Part shown: piece by piece, positions 59,943 through 64,000 of the stretch
Position numbering within the stretch: the first letter of the stretch is position 1
How the letters are laid out: every line of letters begins with the position of its first letter
NCBI GenBank assembly: GCA_018435125.1
Contig: JAHDNZ010000022.1
Span: 13,196 to 77,195, forward strand
Reading direction: 5' to 3'
Source: Bacillota bacterium
Lineage (GTDB): Bacteria > Bacillota > DTU065
DNA length: 64,000 nt
Notes under the pieces: model-generated
Told to the model about the DNA's origin: nothing
The model's input: the letters and a program-made list of their open reading frames with translations, nothing else
The model's database searches: none
Program-made: the position numbers and the translations under genes

Positions 59943-59975
59943 GCAGAATCTATCCCCGATGATAGGCTTTTTTGT
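59943..59975 (+). terminator. Attenuator hairpin + T-run downstream of leader peptide
   Basis: GCAGAATCTATC-cccgat-GATAGGC then TTTTTTG. Confidence 0.4.
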
Positions 59976-60193
59976 TGTGCTTATTTATACGATATTGAGC
60001 ATTCGTTAGTTACGGTGAGGATATTGGTTATTTAACTATACCTTTATTTAACTATGTCTTTAATATGAATGTTTCCAAATTGTATGTATGCAGACCAAAA
60101 GCCACATTGTGGGGTTTGGCCTGCATTTTTTATTGCCTAGAATGCTATTCAAAATAGAAATTCAAGCAAAATAATATGCAGGAGATAATATAA

Positions 60194-61411
60194 ATGGAAA
60201 AATACAACAATTGGAAACGAAAATTTTATGCAATATGGGCAGGGCAAGCAGTATCATTAATCACTAGTGCCATCCTGCAAATGGCGATTATTTTTTACCT
60301 TACAGAAAAAACAGGATCTGCCATGGTCTTGTCTATGGCTTCACTAGTAGGTTTTTTACCCTATGCGGTCTTTGGACCTGCAATTGGTGTGCTAGTGGAT
60401 CGTCATGATAGGAAGAAGATAATGATTGGTGCCGATTTAATTATCGCAGCAGCTGGTGCAGTGCTTGCTATTGTTGCATTCTATATGGAGCTACCTGTCT
60501 GGATGGTTATGATAGTATTGTTTATCCGTAGCATTGGAACAGCTTTTCATACCCCAGCGCTCAATGCGGTTACACCACTTTTAGTACCAGAAGAACAGCT
60601 AACGAAATGCGCAGGCTATAGTCAGTCTTTGCAGTCTATAAGCTATATTGTTAGTCCGGCAGTTGCAGCACTCTTATACTCCGTTTGGGATTTAAATGCT
60701 ATTATTGCCATCGACGTATTGGGTGCTGTGATTGCATCTATTACGGTAGCGATTGTACGTATACCTAAGCTGGGTAATCAAGTGCAAAGTTTGGAACCAA
60801 ATTTCATAAGAGAAATGAAAGAAGGAATTGTCGTTCTGAGACAAAACAAAGGATTGTTTGCCTTATTACTCTTAGGAACACTATATACTTTTGTTTATAT
60901 GCCAATTAATGCACTATTTCCTTTAATAAGCATGGAATACTTTAATGGAACACCTGTGCATATTTCTATTACGGAAATTTCCTTTGCCTTTGGAATGCTA
61001 GCAGGAGGCTTATTGTTAGGAAGATTAGGGAGCTTCGAAAAGCGTGTATTACTAATAACTAGTTCATTTTTTATAATGGGGGCCAGTTTAGCCGTTTCGG
61101 GAATACTTCCTCCAAATGGATTTGTAATATTTGTAGTTTGCTGTGCAATAATGGGGCTTTCGGTGCCATTTTATAGCGGTGTGCAAACAGCTCTTTTTCA
61201 GGAGAAAATTAAGCCTGAATATTTAGGACGTGTATTTTCTTTGACCGGAAGTATCATGTCACTTGCTATGCCAATTGGGTTAATTCTTTCTGGATTCTTT
61301 GCTGATAAAATCGGTGTAAATCATTGGTTTTTACTATCAGGTATTTTAATTATTGGCATTGCTATAGTTTGCCCAATGATAACTGAGGTTAGAAAATTAG
61401 ATTTAAAATAA
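60194..61411 (+). CDS. mef: Mef-family macrolide efflux MFS transporter (405 aa)
   Basis: 12-TM MFS; N-terminus MEKYNNWKRKFYAIWAGQAVSLITSAILQMAIIFYL as I recall for Mef(A)/Mef(E); exact 405-aa length. Confidence 0.75.
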   Translation: MEKYNNWKRKFYAIWAGQAVSLITSAILQMAIIFYLTEKTGSAMVLSMASLVGFLPYAVFGPAIGVLVDRHDRKKIMIGADLIIAAAGAVLAIVAFYMELPVWMVMIVLFIRSIGTAFHTPALNAVTPLLVPEEQLTKCAGYSQSLQSISYIVSPAVAALLYSVWDLNAIIAIDVLGAVIASITVAIVRIPKLGNQVQSLEPNFIREMKEGIVVLRQNKGLFALLLLGTLYTFVYMPINALFPLISMEYFNGTPVHISITEISFAFGMLAGGLLLGRLGSFEKRVLLITSSFFIMGASLAVSGILPPNGFVIFVVCCAIMGLSVPFYSGVQTALFQEKIKPEYLGRVFSLTGSIMSLAMPIGLILSGFFADKIGVNHWFLLSGILIIGIAIVCPMITEVRKLDLK

Positions 61412-61530
61412 ACAATATTGGAGGGATATTTATGTATCTTATTTTCATGTAATTCTTCCTGCTAAAATCGCAGGGTTTTCCCTGCGTACAAGCAAATGAA
61501 AGCATGCGATTATAGACAGGAGGAAATGTT

Positions 61531-62994
61531 ATGGAATTAATATTAAAAGCAAAAGACATTCGTGTGGAATTCAAAGGACGCGATGTTTTAGATATAAATG
61601 AATTAGAAGTATATGATTATGACCGTATTGGTTTAGTAGGAGCAAATGGTGCAGGAAAAAGCACTTTACTCAAGGTACTTTTAGGAGAATTAATTCCCCC
61701 AGGATGTAAAATGAATCGTCTGGGTGAACTTGCCTATATTCCCCAGTTGGACGAAGTAACTCTGCAGGAGGAAAAAGATTTTGCACTTGTAGGCAAGCTA
61801 GGTGTTGAGCAATTAAATATACAGACCATGAGCGGTGGTGAAGAAACAAGGCTTAAAATAGCACAGGCCTTATCGGCACAGGTTCATGGTATTTTAGCGG
61901 ATGAACCTACGAGCCATTTAGACCGTGAAGGAATTGATTTTCTAATTGGACAGCTAAAATATTTTACAGGTGCACTGTTAGTTATTAGCCATGACCGCTA
62001 TTTTCTTGATGAAATAGTAGATAAAATATGGGAACTGAAAGATGGCAAAATCACTGAGTATTGGGGAAACTATTCTGATTATCTTCGTCAGAAAGAGGAA
62101 GAACGTAAGAGCCAAGCTGCAGAATACGAACAATTTATTGCGGAACGTGCCCGATTGGAAAGGGCTGCGGAGGAAAAGCGAAAACAGGCTCGTAAAATAG
62201 AACAGAAGGCAAAAGGTGCTTCAAAGAAAAAAAGTACTGAAGGCGGAGGGCGTTTAGCTCATCAAAAATCAATAGGAAGTAAGGAAAAAAAGATGCATAA
62301 TGCCGCTAAATCCCTAGAGCACAGGATTGCGGCCTTAGGAAAAGTAGAGGCTCCGGAAGACATTCGCAGAATTCGTTTCAGGCAAAGTAAAGCATTGGAG
62401 CTCCATAATCCATACCCTATAGTCGGTGCGGAAATTAATAAAATATTTGGGGATAAGGCACTGTTTGAAAATGCATCTTTTCAAATTCCGCTAGGAGCAA
62501 AAGTAGCGATAACTGGAGGTAATGGAACAGGAAAAACAACCTTAATCCAAATGATCTTAAATCATGAAGATGGAATTACTATTTCACCTAAGGCCAAAAT
62601 AGGATACTTTGCACAAAATGGTTACAAGTACAACAGTAATCAAAAAGTCTTGGAATTTATGCAGGAGGATTGTGATTACAATGTTTCAGAAATTCGTTCT
62701 GTGTTAGCATCAATGGGAATTAAACAAAACGACATAGGAAAAAGCTTAGCTGTTTTAAGCGGTGGTGAAATTATGAAATTATTGTTAGCTAAAATGCTTA
62801 TGGGTAGATATAACATCCTACTAATGGATGAACCCAGCAACTTCCTTGACATACCAAGCTTAGAGGCTTTGGAAATATTAATGAAGGAGTATTCTGGAAC
62901 TATAGTGTTTATCACCCATGACAAACGGCTACTCGATAATGTGGCTGATGTGGTTTATGAAATTAGTGATAAGAAAATAAATCTGAAACATTAA
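61531..62994 (+). CDS. msr(D): Msr(D)/Mel-like ABC-F ribosomal protection protein (487 aa)
   Basis: Two ABC domains without TM, Walker [10 protein letters not shown] and GGNGTGKTT; 119-nt spacer after mef; 487 aa. Confidence 0.75.
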   Translation: MELILKAKDIRVEFKGRDVLDINELEVYDYDRIGLVGANGAGKSTLLKVLLGELIPPGCKMNRLGELAYIPQLDEVTLQEEKDFALVGKLGVEQLNIQTMSGGEETRLKIAQALSAQVHGILADEPTSHLDREGIDFLIGQLKYFTGALLVISHDRYFLDEIVDKIWELKDGKITEYWGNYSDYLRQKEEERKSQAAEYEQFIAERARLERAAEEKRKQARKIEQKAKGASKKKSTEGGGRLAHQKSIGSKEKKMHNAAKSLEHRIAALGKVEAPEDIRRIRFRQSKALELHNPYPIVGAEINKIFGDKALFENASFQIPLGAKVAITGGNGTGKTTLIQMILNHEDGITISPKAKIGYFAQNGYKYNSNQKVLEFMQEDCDYNVSEIRSVLASMGIKQNDIGKSLAVLSGGEIMKLLLAKMLMGRYNILLMDEPSNFLDIPSLEALEILMKEYSGTIVFITHDKRLLDNVADVVYEISDKKINLKH

Positions 62995-63043
62995 ATTTAA
63001 GGTAGTCGCTGGTCAATATAGTCTATTCTGGCTGGCGACTCCA

Positions 63044-63652
63044 TTGTTAAAGAGTATAAAGACTTTTTCTAATAATGTCGTAACGTTATTTGTTGAGAAA
63101 GAGATTGGAGGGTTATTATTGTTTATACGAGTTGTTCCGTACGACCCCTTTTGGGAAGTAGAGTATGAAAATGAATCACAGAAGATAAGTAACATATTGA
63201 AGGATATATTGGTGGAGATTTACCATATTGGCAGTACAGCAGTTAAGGGGTTACATGCTAAACCAATCATAGATATAATGCCCGTAGTGACAAATATTAG
63301 TTTGGTTGATAAGCATAACGAAGAATTTGTAGCCATTGGGTATGAGTGTATGGGTGAGTTTGGTATTAAAGGGCGGAGATATTTCCGTAAAGGTGGCGAT
63401 AACAGGACACACCAAATTCATATATTTGAGCAAAACAGTCACAAAAATATTACTAGGCACATAGCAGTAAGGAACTTTCTGCGTACACATCCTGACATCG
63501 CTTTAGAGTATGGTAAATTAAAGATGAAACTGGCTAATCGGTTCCCGGAGGATATTGAAGGCTACTGCGCTGGTAAGGATGCATTTGTAAAGCAACTAGA
63601 AAAGGATGCTTTGCTGTGGTATCAAAATAATAAATCATATAAAACACAATAA
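63044..63652 (+). CDS. GrpB-family (UPF0157) nucleotidyltransferase-fold protein; start uncertain (possibly TTG 63128)
   Basis: Motif HIGSTAVKGLHAKPIIDIM characteristic of GrpB. Confidence 0.65.
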   Translation: MLKSIKTFSNNVVTLFVEKEIGGLLLFIRVVPYDPFWEVEYENESQKISNILKDILVEIYHIGSTAVKGLHAKPIIDIMPVVTNISLVDKHNEEFVAIGYECMGEFGIKGRRYFRKGGDNRTHQIHIFEQNSHKNITRHIAVRNFLRTHPDIALEYGKLKMKLANRFPEDIEGYCAGKDAFVKQLEKDALLWYQNNKSYKTQ

Positions 63653-63685
63653 AATATATAAAAATATGAGGGTGAGTTATATCCT

Positions 63686-64000
63686 ATGTTAGGATCAGAT
63701 AAGAAAAAATTATACCCAAATAAAAATATCAAAACGGTTTTTTCTATAAGTAACCTATCGAAAAACCCAATGTAGAGATTGGTGAATACACTTACTATAG
63801 TGATGATGAAAAAGTCTCCTGAGGAATTTTACAATAATATAGAGCACCACTATGAATTTCTTGGAGATAAGCTAATCATCGGTAAATTTTGCGCTATTGC
63901 AGAGGGTGTTAGGTTTATCATGAATGGAGCAACTCATAGGATGTATGAAATTACAACCTATCCCCTTTAATATCTCTACCGGTGGATGGGAAAAAGTAAC
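63686..64000 (+). pseudogene. Vat/SatA-like streptogramin A (xenobiotic hexapeptide) acetyltransferase, disrupted by frame changes; truncated by window end
   Basis: Three frames carry consecutive Vat-like segments: MLGSDKKKLYPNKNIKTVF / PIEKPNVEIGEYTYYSDDEK / SPEEFYNNIEHHYEFLGDKLIIGKFCAIAEGVRFIMNGATHRMYEITTYP / FNISTGGWEKV; shifts at A5 run ~63815 and C4 run ~63963. Confidence 0.6.

Noticed and set aside
1-64000. CRISPR array / tRNA / rRNA scan
   Set aside because: No regularly spaced direct repeats of 25-40 nt with spacers were seen, including near the Cas6-like gene. No tRNA T-loop/acceptor-like segments were found at the prophage borders, and no rRNA-like stretches.

Overview
The window is from a low-GC Gram-positive endospore-former: a sleB-ypeB cortex-lysis pair is present. 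It has four blocks.

(1) 1-11.3 kb, ordinary chromosome. Genes: an HMGL-like synthase, a membrane-anchored hypothetical, an ABC-F ATPase, a secreted GH3 (NagZ-like) hydrolase, a WYL-domain regulator with a perfect palindromic operator next to an orphan Cas6-like RAMP gene, sleB-ypeB (convergent), and rlmD.

(2) 11.35-21.2 kb, an AT-richer defence island that starts right after rlmD. It holds an intergenic repeat cluster, an orphan Phd/YefM-like gene, a Type I R-M operon (hsdM with a long C-terminal extension, hsdS, hsdR), a translationally coupled YgjP/DUF45 metallohydrolase and a 528-aa ImmA/IrrE-like HExxH protein.

(3) About 21.2-59.8 kb, a GC-richer, entirely plus-strand siphovirus-like prophage of roughly 38.6 kb. 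Modules in order: sigma-region-4-like regulator, Bro antirepressor, VirE/P4-type primase with iteron-like repeats, VRR-NUC, SNF2 helicase, ArpU-like regulator, HNH, small terminase, a phage-borne MetK (SAM synthetase) plus a ParB-fused DNA methyltransferase, large terminase, portal, ClpP-like protease, HK97-type capsid, connectors, major tail, tail chaperone with a -1 frameshift site, tape measure, Dit, Tal, a GH18-domain tail protein, holin, GH25/Cpl-7 endolysin, a DUF2800/DUF2815/family-A DNA polymerase module, then a translationally coupled trio of two large serine recombinases flanking a recombinase-domain-only mini gene. A 13-nt motif GGCTACTAGGTAG recurs three times in the prophage, and a ~45-bp hairpin+promoter-like cassette recurs twice.

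(4) 59.9-64 kb, resistance cargo abutting the recombinases. It has the mef leader peptide MTASMRLR with an attenuator hairpin, a mef-family MFS pump and msr(D)-like ABC-F (119-bp spacer), a GrpB-family gene, and a Vat-like streptogramin acetyltransferase gene broken by frame disruptions and truncated by the window end.

No CRISPR array, rRNA or tRNA was seen.
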